In this document: positions 46,151-53,998 of the stretch, in pieces
Numbering within the stretch: the first letter of the stretch is position 1
Layout of the letters: each line of letters begins with the position of its first letter
From: Paludibacteraceae bacterium
Lineage (GTDB): Bacteria; Bacteroidota; Bacteroidia; Bacteroidales; Paludibacteraceae
DNA length: 64,000 nucleotides
Assembly: GCA_023227695.1 (NCBI GenBank)
Contig: JALNVE010000002.1
Location: forward strand, 13,767-77,766
Direction of reading: 5' to 3'
The notes under the pieces: generated by a model
Databases searched by the model: none
What the model saw: only the letters and a program-made list of their open reading frames with translations
Told to the model about the DNA's origin: nothing
Translations under genes and position numbers: made by a program

Positions 46151-46632
46151 AAGAAGTCTATGTTCTTTCTAGAAAAGATTTCGTAGAACACTGTAAAAGG
46201 GTCGGTAAAGAGGCCTTTTCTTACAACGATAATGTTGCTGTAATCAGTATCGAAAATATGGGTGAAGGATGGAAACACGTATTGGGAAACAGTCCTCGTG
46301 TTCTAAATGTCGAATTTGATGACGTTCTTTTCGATGACGGTGGATTCAAGGCTGTTACTCCGGAAACGGCAAAGGAAATTTGGAATTTCCTTTTTAGGAT
46401 CAATAAAGAAGCGGATGAAAAAAGCAAAGACCTTACTCTGATTGTTCATTGTGGGGCAGGAATCAGCAGGAGTGGCGGTGTGGGACTTTTTGCGTCAGAA
46501 CTTTTTGAAATCCCGTATTCCGAATTTAAAAGGCTTAATCCAAAGGTCCAGCACAATGGAACGGTTTATTCAGAGTTGTTAAAGGCTTGTGGACTGCACT
46601 ATTCTAGTCTTGAAACGAATCAACAGGAGTGA
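46147..46632 (+). CDS. Cys-based protein phosphatase (dual-specificity/PTP-like)
   Basis: The active-site loop is VHCGAGISRSG, matching HCxxGxxR[ST]. Confidence 0.65.
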   Translation: MKEVYVLSRKDFVEHCKRVGKEAFSYNDNVAVISIENMGEGWKHVLGNSPRVLNVEFDDVLFDDGGFKAVTPETAKEIWNFLFRINKEADEKSKDLTLIVHCGAGISRSGGVGLFASELFEIPYSEFKRLNPKVQHNGTVYSELLKACGLHYSSLETNQQE

Positions 46633-46638
46633 ACAAAA

Positions 46639-46782
46639 ATGAATGAGTTCTGGAAAACATTAATCGGATTCTTCACAGAAGTCGAAAAAGCGAAAGCTAC
46701 TTTAAAAACCATGAAGAGAAAACAGACATGGGCGAAGCGTTGTTTCGTAATCCCTTCTTCTATTAGGCATCCGGTCGTATGA
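46639..46782 (+). CDS. small hypothetical protein (47 aa)
   Basis: My translation is MNEFWKTLIGFFTEVEKAKATLKTMKRKQTWAKRCFVIPSSIRHPVV*. Its stop overlaps ATG 46779 (ATGA). Confidence 0.25.
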   Translation: MNEFWKTLIGFFTEVEKAKATLKTMKRKQTWAKRCFVIPSSIRHPVV

Positions 46783-47351
46783 AATTCATCAAAGTTAAGA
46801 ATAATAAGACGGGGATATCTTATCCTTGGATGGCAGATGTCACGAACACAGAAACACTTCTTGTTCTTGAAAAATGGTTTTCGTCTCGCAATGCAGGAAT
46901 GATTATGGAGTTTGTATCGTCCAAGGATTTTTCTTGCGAAGGGGAAGATCATTATAAGCCGAGCAATTACATCGCGCCTTTGTTGAAAGCACTGGCAAGT
47001 AATCTTAAAAAGGGCGATATCCCGGCAATAGTCTTCTCCCAAACAATGGATAGGATAGCCGGGATAAGAGAAACTTTTTTAATCAAATATGGAAGAATCC
47101 TGATAAGCGAAAACGGCGGTTATTTTCAGTGGACAAATGATCTTGAAACGATAGAAGAAAAAGAAGCGAATTATTTCCCCCAAAAAATCAATGATATTAA
47201 AGTTTCCCGTTGGCCGGACTGTAAACACTTCTATGTCGTCAAAGGATATGGGACACTTGTTCTCGAAGGTAGGGAAAAATGGAATACGGAAAAAGAAGCT
47301 TGGGAAGCAGTTGAACGTTTTAAAAATGGAGAAAAATGCTTAGGGTATTAA
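46779..47351 (+). CDS. hypothetical protein
   Basis: ORF track. Confidence 0.45.
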   Translation: MKFIKVKNNKTGISYPWMADVTNTETLLVLEKWFSSRNAGMIMEFVSSKDFSCEGEDHYKPSNYIAPLLKALASNLKKGDIPAIVFSQTMDRIAGIRETFLIKYGRILISENGGYFQWTNDLETIEEKEANYFPQKINDIKVSRWPDCKHFYVVKGYGTLVLEGREKWNTEKEAWEAVERFKNGEKCLGY

Positions 47352-47746
47352 AAGAGGTTCTTTGTGTAAAAACAGAAAAGGTTTTTGAAGTTCTTGTAAC
47401 TTTTCAAGGTAAGCTTGGGTACTGTGACAATACCCTTTGTGACGGCATCCTAAAAAGGGTATTCAGTAAACAGATTTGTTTTAGTTATGAAATCTTAGAC
47501 TTTGAAAAGATCGACGGCGCAATCTTGATTGGTTTCCGTTTCGTCTGTTGGAATTTAGAAGGACAAATCCAGAGGTATAAGACCTTCAAGAACATGGATC
47601 AATCGAAGCTTATTGAAAACGTAGACAGGCATAGCAATAAGACGGTTGAAAATTTTGTGGGTGAATTCTTCAAAAGGTTGAAGCGTGGAAACTATACAGT
47701 AGTGATTAACGGCGGCGAAGCCAAGATAGAAGAGGTAAAAGAATGA
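47336..47746 (+). CDS. hypothetical protein
   Basis: ORF track. Confidence 0.45.
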   Translation: MLRVLKEVLCVKTEKVFEVLVTFQGKLGYCDNTLCDGILKRVFSKQICFSYEILDFEKIDGAILIGFRFVCWNLEGQIQRYKTFKNMDQSKLIENVDRHSNKTVENFVGEFFKRLKRGNYTVVINGGEAKIEEVKE

Positions 47747-48051
47747 AGATTAAACCGTTTAAGTATAGCGATTGGGAATCTCCTGAAGGTTATGTCTGTT
47801 CAAAGTGTGGGAAACAGCACGTTAGACTGTATAGGCAATACCAAACCTGTGCTGATGCCGTTGAACTCTTGTGTCGATCATGTGCTCTTAAAGACCAGAA
47901 ACAGAAAGTTCCTGACCACGAAGGCGAACATTCGATTGGTTGGCTGGTTGCGGCTGTCCCGACAAAAGATGGGGAAACGTATTGGGGCTTTACAAGCGTT
48001 CCGCAAGACGGAGTGGATTGGTGGAATAATTTGGCAAAGGAAGGAAAATAG
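47743..48051 (+). CDS. zinc-ribbon-containing hypothetical protein
   Basis: It has CSKCGK...CRSC pairs. It ends in TAG, followed one codon later by TGA. Confidence 0.45.
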   Translation: MKIKPFKYSDWESPEGYVCSKCGKQHVRLYRQYQTCADAVELLCRSCALKDQKQKVPDHEGEHSIGWLVAAVPTKDGETYWGFTSVPQDGVDWWNNLAKEGK

Positions 48052-48087
48052 AAATGACAGGGAATTTAATGGAGAAATGGAAATAAC

Positions 48088-48525
48088 ATGGACGCTATTA
48101 CAAAAATTAAAGGAGTCGTCCTCGAAGGCCTGTGTGAAAAGGCTTTATTGGGCATCCTTGTTGAAAGAAGAAAAGAAGAACTGGAAAAAGTTCTTGAATG
48201 TCAAACAGAATTCAAGGAAGAAATTCAAAGATGGAATCAAAGCATCTGGGTTAGGCTATTCAAAAGAGAAACCAAGAGAGATGTGTATGACATCATGGAT
48301 AACGTCCGTGCCGAAATGGATAGGCGTTTTCAGAATGAAAAGACAGATGAAGACAGATTCATAAGTATAAGATATAGAAAAGAAAGTTATTATGGGGTGT
48401 CTTCGGGATTGGAAAATAGAATAAAACGCTATGTGGCTATGGGGAAAGAGTTGCCAGACACCGAAATTGAAATTGAAACAGATGTGCTTGGCAGCATTTG
48501 CGCAGAAGCGCAGAAAGGTCAGTGA
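48088..48525 (+). CDS. hypothetical protein
   Basis: ORF track. Confidence 0.45.
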   Translation: MDAITKIKGVVLEGLCEKALLGILVERRKEELEKVLECQTEFKEEIQRWNQSIWVRLFKRETKRDVYDIMDNVRAEMDRRFQNEKTDEDRFISIRYRKESYYGVSSGLENRIKRYVAMGKELPDTEIEIETDVLGSICAEAQKGQ

Positions 48526-48575
48526 TGATGAAGGTATTGATTACAAGCGGTGGAACACGAATAGCGATTGATTAA
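48525..48575 (+). pseudogene. 16-codon remnant of the 5' end of coaB
   Basis: ATGATGAAGGTATTGATTACAAGCGGTGGAACACGAATAGCGATTGATTAA encodes MMKVLITSGGTRIAID*. This matches the first 15 aa of the intact gene at 50134 (MRVLISSGGTKIGLD) and overlaps the upstream stop codon. Confidence 0.55.
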
Positions 48576-48601
48576 TGTAAATTAATTTTGATAATGATTT
48601 C

Positions 48602-50026
48602 ATGAGTGGAGGTCTCATGAAGCTTATCATAAAAAAACAGACAATTAATGTTGAAAATTTTCAGATTTTCTTTGAATTGGTTAAAGGACATAAAATAATC
48701 CCCGATCTAAAGATGCCAACAAAGGAGCTTGAATCATTCTGGGAAAACCATCTAAAAGATATTAGAATCACGAAGACTAAGCTCAGAAGATGTCTATGTG
48801 TAAATGTTTATTTTATTAGATCTCACTTGGTGGTTAAGTATTGGATAAATAAAGGATGGACAGAAGAAGAAGCAAAAGAGAAGATATCCCAATTACAAAG
48901 AAACAATTCGGAAGCATCTATTGATCATTGGGTAAAATTAGGACTAAACCGCCAAGATGCGGAAGAAAAGGTTAAGCAATCCCAATCCATAAGGGGTCTC
49001 TTTTTATCAAAAAAATTAAAAGAAAATCATCAGTTTAGAAGAGAGTTTTCTCCATCGAATATTGAATTTTGGCTAAAAAGGGGACAGGGCGAAAATGAAT
49101 CCTGCTTATCGGTGGAAGAGTTTAACAAAAGTAAGTTCAAAAATAACAAGGAAAGCTATATACGGTTATATGGAGAAGAAAAGGGTATGGCTGTTTGGGA
49201 TCGTTTTGTCAATGGCAAGTCAAATGAAAACTTAATCCGAAGGTTCGGGCCTGAAATTGGTGAGCAGAAGATAAAGAGCAGAAATAGCAGGTTGGCCGAT
49301 CATAGGGGGAGAGAAGGTTTTGTTAGACGCTATGGAGAAGAAATAGGAGAGCAGAAATATGAAGAGCTTTTAGAAAAACAAAAGAAAATGGGGGATAAGG
49401 ACTGGTACTTGAAGAAATTCGGGGATGTGGAAGGGTTGAGGTTATATACCGATAAATGTAAGTCTATAAAAGAATCACACTCTCTCGAATATATTAAGAT
49501 GAAATATGGAGAAGAAGATGGGATCAAGCGATTCTATAAATGGAGAGAGGATATGGTCGTAAAGAGGGGGAGGGCGTCTAAAGCCTCTCTTCTCTATTTT
49601 TTAAAGCTATATAAAATTTTGAGAAAGGGATACAAAATAGCCAGAAAAGATATTTTCCTAGGAATATCCGGCTCACATGAATGGTTTATTCTCAGTGATG
49701 GAAGATTCTATTTATTCGATTTTGTTATTCGTAGCAAGAAGATAATAATTGAATTCAACGGAGCACATGTTCATCCCAAGGAGGATAGGAAAGAGGAAAA
49801 TGGGTATTGGGAGAACTGGAGACACCCTTGGTCTAAAGAGGGGGCGGAAGAAGTGTTGATGAAAGAAAAACGTAAAACTAAATTAGCTAAGGATTTAGGA
49901 TACTCTATCTATACCCTGTGGAGCGATCTATCTTTCGAGGAAAATTGGGAAATTATAAACAAAATGATTCTTGAAAATTTTATCCTAAATTTACCCAACC
50001 CTATTGACAATAATCTAATCCTATGA
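48602..50026 (+). CDS. free-standing homing-endonuclease-like protein (Vsr/DUF559-like PD-(D/E)XK), paralog of 5005-6105
   Basis: The C-terminus FDFVIRSKKIIIEFNGAHVH...GYSIYTLWSD parallels FDFVIEDIKKVIEFNGDKFH...GYEFLIIWESD in the other copy. Both share internal YG-E-E-x-G-x-x-K/Y repeats. Confidence 0.6.
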   Translation: MSGGLMKLIIKKQTINVENFQIFFELVKGHKIIPDLKMPTKELESFWENHLKDIRITKTKLRRCLCVNVYFIRSHLVVKYWINKGWTEEEAKEKISQLQRNNSEASIDHWVKLGLNRQDAEEKVKQSQSIRGLFLSKKLKENHQFRREFSPSNIEFWLKRGQGENESCLSVEEFNKSKFKNNKESYIRLYGEEKGMAVWDRFVNGKSNENLIRRFGPEIGEQKIKSRNSRLADHRGREGFVRRYGEEIGEQKYEELLEKQKKMGDKDWYLKKFGDVEGLRLYTDKCKSIKESHSLEYIKMKYGEEDGIKRFYKWREDMVVKRGRASKASLLYFLKLYKILRKGYKIARKDIFLGISGSHEWFILSDGRFYLFDFVIRSKKIIIEFNGAHVHPKEDRKEENGYWENWRHPWSKEGAEEVLMKEKRKTKLAKDLGYSIYTLWSDLSFEENWEIINKMILENFILNLPNPIDNNLIL

Positions 50027-50032
50027 TATCTT
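50004..50032 (+). promoter_or_regulatory. sigma-70-type promoter (TTGACA-17-TATCTT)
   Basis: The -35 is at 50004-50009 and the -10 at 50027-50032. It spans the stop of the endonuclease ORF and lies upstream of coaB. Confidence 0.5.
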
Positions 50033-50133
50033 TTTCGCCAAACAAAGAAGTGAAATGGTTATTACTTCGATAAGGAGTTTTATACAAAGACGGATTCAAG
50101 TTTCGACAATTCATAAGAAAGGTGGTTTCATTT

Positions 50134-50853
50134 ATGAGGGTTTTAATAAGTAGCGGGGGCACGAAGATTGGGTTGGATTTGGTCAGACATATCGGCAACA
50201 TGAGCAATGGAACCCTTGGAAGCCGTCTAGGAAGAGACTTCTTAAAGATTGCCGATGAGGTTATTTTCTTCAGGGCAGAAAAATCAAAGTCTCCGATGAT
50301 CGCTGAAGTGAATTTCGCTAATTCCAACCTTGAAGCCAATACCAAGAATTTTGAACAGGCGAAAGCCAACTGGGAACAAACTGGCTATAAATATCACGAA
50401 CATACTTACAAGTCTTTTGAAGACTATCAGAGTGGTTTGGAAAATCTGATCACGCTCTATAAGCCCGATATCATTATTCTTGCCGCCGCTGTCAGTGATT
50501 ATGCACCTGAAACCGTTGTGCAGGGGAAGATTAGGTCAAAAGGAAATTTGGACATTCATCTGGTACCTCTGCCAAAGGTCATTTCAAAAGTCAGGGATTG
50601 GGCAGGAGATAAAGCTACAATTGTCGGCTTTAAGCTCCTTGTAGATGTTGATAAACAAGAACTGATTGATAGCGCCAAGAAAAGTTTGGTTGAAAATAAA
50701 CTCGATTTGGTATGTGCCAACGACTTGCGGAGCATCCTTAATGGAAACCATCTGATTCATCTTGTCGATTCTTCAGACATTGTTAAGGATATTGATGCCC
50801 ATTCTCTTGCTAGAATAATTGAATCTCATATTTCAACAAAAGGGAAACAATGA
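50134..50853 (+). CDS. coaB: phosphopantothenate-cysteine ligase (CoaB)-like protein
   Basis: VLISSGGTKIGLDLVRHIGNMSNGTLGSRLG matches the CoaB/DFP C-terminal-domain start (ITAGGT-x-E-x-ID-x-VR-x-I-x-N-x-SSG). AAAVSDY and GFKLL follow later. I moved the start to ATG 50134 behind RBS AAAGGTGG. Confidence 0.65.
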   Translation: MRVLISSGGTKIGLDLVRHIGNMSNGTLGSRLGRDFLKIADEVIFFRAEKSKSPMIAEVNFANSNLEANTKNFEQAKANWEQTGYKYHEHTYKSFEDYQSGLENLITLYKPDIIILAAAVSDYAPETVVQGKIRSKGNLDIHLVPLPKVISKVRDWAGDKATIVGFKLLVDVDKQELIDSAKKSLVENKLDLVCANDLRSILNGNHLIHLVDSSDIVKDIDAHSLARIIESHISTKGKQ

Positions 50854-51947
50854 ATAAGAACAAACTTTGTGTTGTTTTTACTGGAACTGTAGCTTCAACG
50901 CTGGCACCTAAAATATGTGAAGCATTCCAAAATGATTTTGAAGTAACAACGGTCTTTACAAAAAAGGCTCTATACTTTTACAACCCATTTAGATCTATGA
51001 ATTCAGAAACTCCTTTTTGTGATTCTTACTTGGATGATGAAACTGAATGGAAAGGTTTGCCAGTAGGCGGGTATGTGAAGCAACAGGAAATTCCCCATGT
51101 TGACCTAGCGACACAGAACGATGTCTTATTGATTATCGCTAGTGCTGATTTTCTTGCTAAGATGACAAACGGAATCTGTGATGACTTGGCATCCAGCCTG
51201 TATCGGGCTTGGAGACGGCATAGACCAGTTATTGTTGCACCGGCGATGAATTCCTATATGTGGAATCATCCCGTTACACAGGAGCATCTGAATACACTTA
51301 AAAGTTGGAATGTAAATATTGTTTATCCTCAAGAAAAAATGCTTGCTTGTGGAGAGGTGGGAATGGGTGCCCTAGCGGAAATCCAGTTCATCAAAGAAAT
51401 TGTAGATAAATCAATAAAACCTATTTTCCCTCTTGATATTAATGATTGCAGTGGAATTCCGGTCGGAAAAGATCATCCCGGTTCATTCCTTGGTAAAAGG
51501 AAGTTTGCTCCACATACAGGAGTTGATTTGTATTGCAATAATTCGACTCCTGTTTTCTGCATGGCTCCTGGTGTCGTTGTCAGTGTCGAAGACTTTACAG
51601 GAACAGGAGATAATTCAACATGGTGGGAAGACACAAAATGCGTCTTGATTCGACATAGTTTCGGGACGGTTTGTTATGGAGAAATAGAACCGGCATTTGG
51701 GATTAAAGAGGGATTAGAAGTTTCTTGTGGTTCTATTATCGGAAATGTTAAGAGAGTTTTGAAACCCGGAAAAGAACGTCCAGATATTCCAGGTCACAAA
51801 ACCTCGATGCTTCACATCGAACTGTATCCTGTGGAACAAAAGACGGCTAGTAAGAGCTATGAACAGGACAAAGAAGTTCTAAGAAATCCGACAGATATGC
51901 TTATTAAGGCATGGGGAGAAAATCCTGTAATCTTAACTAAGGAGTAA
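50850..51947 (+). CDS. coaC: fusion: phosphopantothenoylcysteine decarboxylase-type flavoprotein (CoaC/HFCD) + M23 (LytM) peptidase-like domain
   Basis: The N-terminal ~185 aa read LCVVFTGTVAS...IIASADFLAKMTNGICDDLASS...VIVAPAMNSYMWNHPVTQEHL...CGEVGMGAL, the flavoprotein pattern. The C-terminal ~170 aa read HTGVDLYCNNSTPVFCMAPGVVVSV...LIRHSFGTVCYGEI...VSCGSIIGNV...SMLHIELY, the M23 HxxxD...HxH-like pattern. Confidence 0.65.
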   Translation: MNKNKLCVVFTGTVASTLAPKICEAFQNDFEVTTVFTKKALYFYNPFRSMNSETPFCDSYLDDETEWKGLPVGGYVKQQEIPHVDLATQNDVLLIIASADFLAKMTNGICDDLASSLYRAWRRHRPVIVAPAMNSYMWNHPVTQEHLNTLKSWNVNIVYPQEKMLACGEVGMGALAEIQFIKEIVDKSIKPIFPLDINDCSGIPVGKDHPGSFLGKRKFAPHTGVDLYCNNSTPVFCMAPGVVVSVEDFTGTGDNSTWWEDTKCVLIRHSFGTVCYGEIEPAFGIKEGLEVSCGSIIGNVKRVLKPGKERPDIPGHKTSMLHIELYPVEQKTASKSYEQDKEVLRNPTDMLIKAWGENPVILTKE

Positions 51948-51948
51948 A

Positions 51949-52527
51949 ATGGAAATTCTATACAAGTTAATCAGGCATAAATATGGATGGTTGGTTTGTG
52001 CTGCCGATGGTCAGGATGGTGTACCACCCTCCTCGCTACAAGAATGTTTGCCGTTGTTTGGTAAAAAGTCTGTATTAGATGCAGGGATTGTACATCATTA
52101 CAACGTCTGTGATAACAGCTTTGGACATGTGGTGTTTGCTATTACTTCTGATTCAAAGGCTTGGCGAAAAGAAATTGAAGACAGTCTCAGTGCCTTGCAT
52201 CCCACCACAAGATGGTGGTATGGTACGGATGTCGGTAAAAGTTCTGCCGTTATATTTTCAGTCTTGTCTTTGAAAACCGGTTATTCCGGACAGGCAGAAG
52301 TTGCTAAGGAATTCGGGGAAGGCTGTGTCCCCTTAGATTCAGATGACCTTGGGCGTTGTTTGCGCCTTTTGGAGAGGTTCCCGGATTGGAAAAAAGACCT
52401 GTATAAAGTTTCTGAAGCCTATCCGAATACGGCTTGGCCGAAGATTGTTGAACGCTGGCAGGAGCTAAAAACGGCGGATAGCAATCGTCAAAATGAAATT
52501 CTAATCGAAATCAACGAAAGCAGGTAA
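51949..52527 (+). CDS. hypothetical protein
   Basis: ORF track. Confidence 0.45.
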   Translation: MEILYKLIRHKYGWLVCAADGQDGVPPSSLQECLPLFGKKSVLDAGIVHHYNVCDNSFGHVVFAITSDSKAWRKEIEDSLSALHPTTRWWYGTDVGKSSAVIFSVLSLKTGYSGQAEVAKEFGEGCVPLDSDDLGRCLRLLERFPDWKKDLYKVSEAYPNTAWPKIVERWQELKTADSNRQNEILIEINESR

Positions 52528-52530
52528 GTT

Positions 52531-52779
52531 ATGAATATTTTTGATTGGTTTAAGAATCTGAACAAACCGGAAGAAGTTAAGATTTGTGCAAAATGCAATT
52601 GGTATCGTCTTCAGGGTACCCGACTAAATTGCGGTAATCCCGAATATCTTGAAAGGAATATCATTACCGGGGAGCTTCGCGAAGCTCCTTCTTGTAGTGA
52701 AATGAGGGCTACGGCCCGGCGTTGTGGATATACAGGAAAAGGATTTAGCCCTATTGACAAGACCGAAGAAAAGGAGTAA
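52531..52779 (+). CDS. hypothetical Cys-rich protein
   Basis: ORF track. It has CAKCNWY...CGNPEY...CSEM...CGY cysteines. Confidence 0.45.
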   Translation: MNIFDWFKNLNKPEEVKICAKCNWYRLQGTRLNCGNPEYLERNIITGELREAPSCSEMRATARRCGYTGKGFSPIDKTEEKE

Positions 52780-52782
52780 TAT
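52754..52782 (+). promoter_or_regulatory. sigma-70-type promoter (TTGACA-17-TAATAT)
   Basis: The -35 is at 52754-52759 and the -10 at 52777-52782. It lies 31 nt before ATG 52813. Confidence 0.5.
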
Positions 52783-52812
52783 ACAGACATCAAACAAAGG
52801 AAAGATCTATCT

Positions 52813-52950
52813 ATGAAATGCGAAAGAAGTAGAAAGAGGAATCTTCTGAAAATCTGGGGAATGAAAGCCTTGGGAAACGGAAAATCTTTTGAAGAAGTGG
52901 CAAAGACTATTGGTAAGATGATGAAAAAGACCTTGAAGCCCTTGGACTAA
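52813..52950 (+). CDS. small HTH-like protein (45 aa in the zero frame; possible -1 frameshift extension to 53054)
   Basis: My translation is MKCERSRKRNLLKIWGMKALGNGKSFEEVAKTIGKMMKKTLKPLD*. The -1 frame is open from 52917 to 53054 with no start codon of its own until a late ATG. Confidence 0.35.
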   Translation: MKCERSRKRNLLKIWGMKALGNGKSFEEVAKTIGKMMKKTLKPLD

Positions 52951-53050
52951 GTCTGGCTTCTCCGACAGAATTGTTAGACAAAGAGCTCTTAGACGCTGTC
53001 AATAGTGAAGATATGTCAAAAGCAATAGAAGACTATATTAAAAACCCGAA

Positions 53051-53079
53051 TTGACAGATTTCGATAAAAGTGCTATTAT
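53051..53079 (+). promoter_or_regulatory. sigma-70-type promoter (TTGACA-17-TATTAT)
   Basis: The -35 is at 53051-53056 and the -10 at 53074-53079. It lies 25 nt before ATG 53104. Confidence 0.6.
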
Positions 53080-53103
53080 TGATTGAATAAAAGGAGGAAA
53101 GAC

Positions 53104-53253
53104 ATGAATGGTATGAATAAGATTCAGAAGCAGTTGGAATACGCAGGTTATGACAATGCAGTTGCAATCGCTACCAATGCGGAAATCGCAGCGGGTGCGG
53201 CTTGCGGTCAGCTTGCTATTATCAACAACCGTACAGATGAACGTGGTGCGTAA
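53104..53253 (+). CDS. small protein (49 aa)
   Basis: It has a consensus-like promoter and the RBS AAAGGAGGAAA. My translation is MNGMNKIQKQLEYAGYDNAVAIATNAEIAAGAACGQLAIINNRTDERGA*. It is below the ORF-track size cut-off. Confidence 0.4.
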   Translation: MNGMNKIQKQLEYAGYDNAVAIATNAEIAAGAACGQLAIINNRTDERGA

Positions 53254-53378
53254 GAAACCAAATAAAACGTAAAGGAAAGTGAAGCTATGAAGTAGGTACT
53301 CAAACCGCCTTAAAGTCTCTTTGTTGATGTTGCGATAACGGTAGTCAAAAAACTTAACAACTAAACAAGGAGATTATC

Positions 53379-53678
53379 ATGAAGATTATCACGAGGAAAA
53401 TTGACGAACTGAAACAAAGAAGGAATGAATTGGCTTGTGAAATCAAGTCAATGCGGGCTGGACGTAAAGAATCCCTAAAAAAAGTATCTGGTTTTCAATG
53501 TAAACTAGCTTACAAGAGTATGGAAAGTAGGTTGCTACATATAGCCTATTGTGAGCTAATGGGCCGCACAAGAGACGAGATTGAAAAGCCAAGGCTTGGA
53601 AATGCTCCAAACGAAGCGATGATTGAACAGATTAAGGAGCAGTATGCTTGGGAAACCCAACAGGGGGTTCAGCAATGA
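53379..53678 (+). CDS. hypothetical protein
   Basis: ORF track, with RBS AAGGAG. Its stop overlaps the ATG of the PTH2-like gene (ATGA). Confidence 0.5.
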   Translation: MKIITRKIDELKQRRNELACEIKSMRAGRKESLKKVSGFQCKLAYKSMESRLLHIAYCELMGRTRDEIEKPRLGNAPNEAMIEQIKEQYAWETQQGVQQ

Positions 53679-53971
53679 AAAAACTGTATGTCTTGGTGAG
53701 GAAAGACCTAACGCCGTCATATCAGGCGGTTCAAGCTGGACATACTGTTGCAGAATGGTTGCTTCGGCATTAGGGCCAAACGGAATGGGAAAACGGAACC
53801 CTAATTTATCTTGGTGTCGGAAACCTTGATGAACTTGAAAATTGGGTTAAGAAACTAGACTTCAAGGGAATGGAATGTACTGAATTCATAGAACCGGACA
53901 TCGGGAATCAAAGAACAGCCATTGCCTGTCTAAGTGACGGAAAGGTCTTTTCAAATCTGAAGTTGCTCTAA
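53675..53971 (+). CDS. peptidyl-tRNA hydrolase PTH2-like protein containing one in-frame TAG (53771-53773)
   Basis: My translation is MKKLYVLVRKDLTPSYQAVQAGHTVAEWLLRH-TAG-GQTEWENGTLIYLGVGNLDELENWVKKLDFKGMECTEFIEPDIGNQRTAIACLSDGKVFSNLKLL*. Both sides of the TAG are in one frame ((53771-53675)=96), and together they fit the PTH2 fold pattern. Confidence 0.65.
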
Positions 53972-53998
53972 AACAAGCCCCTGTAAAAAGGGGCGATT

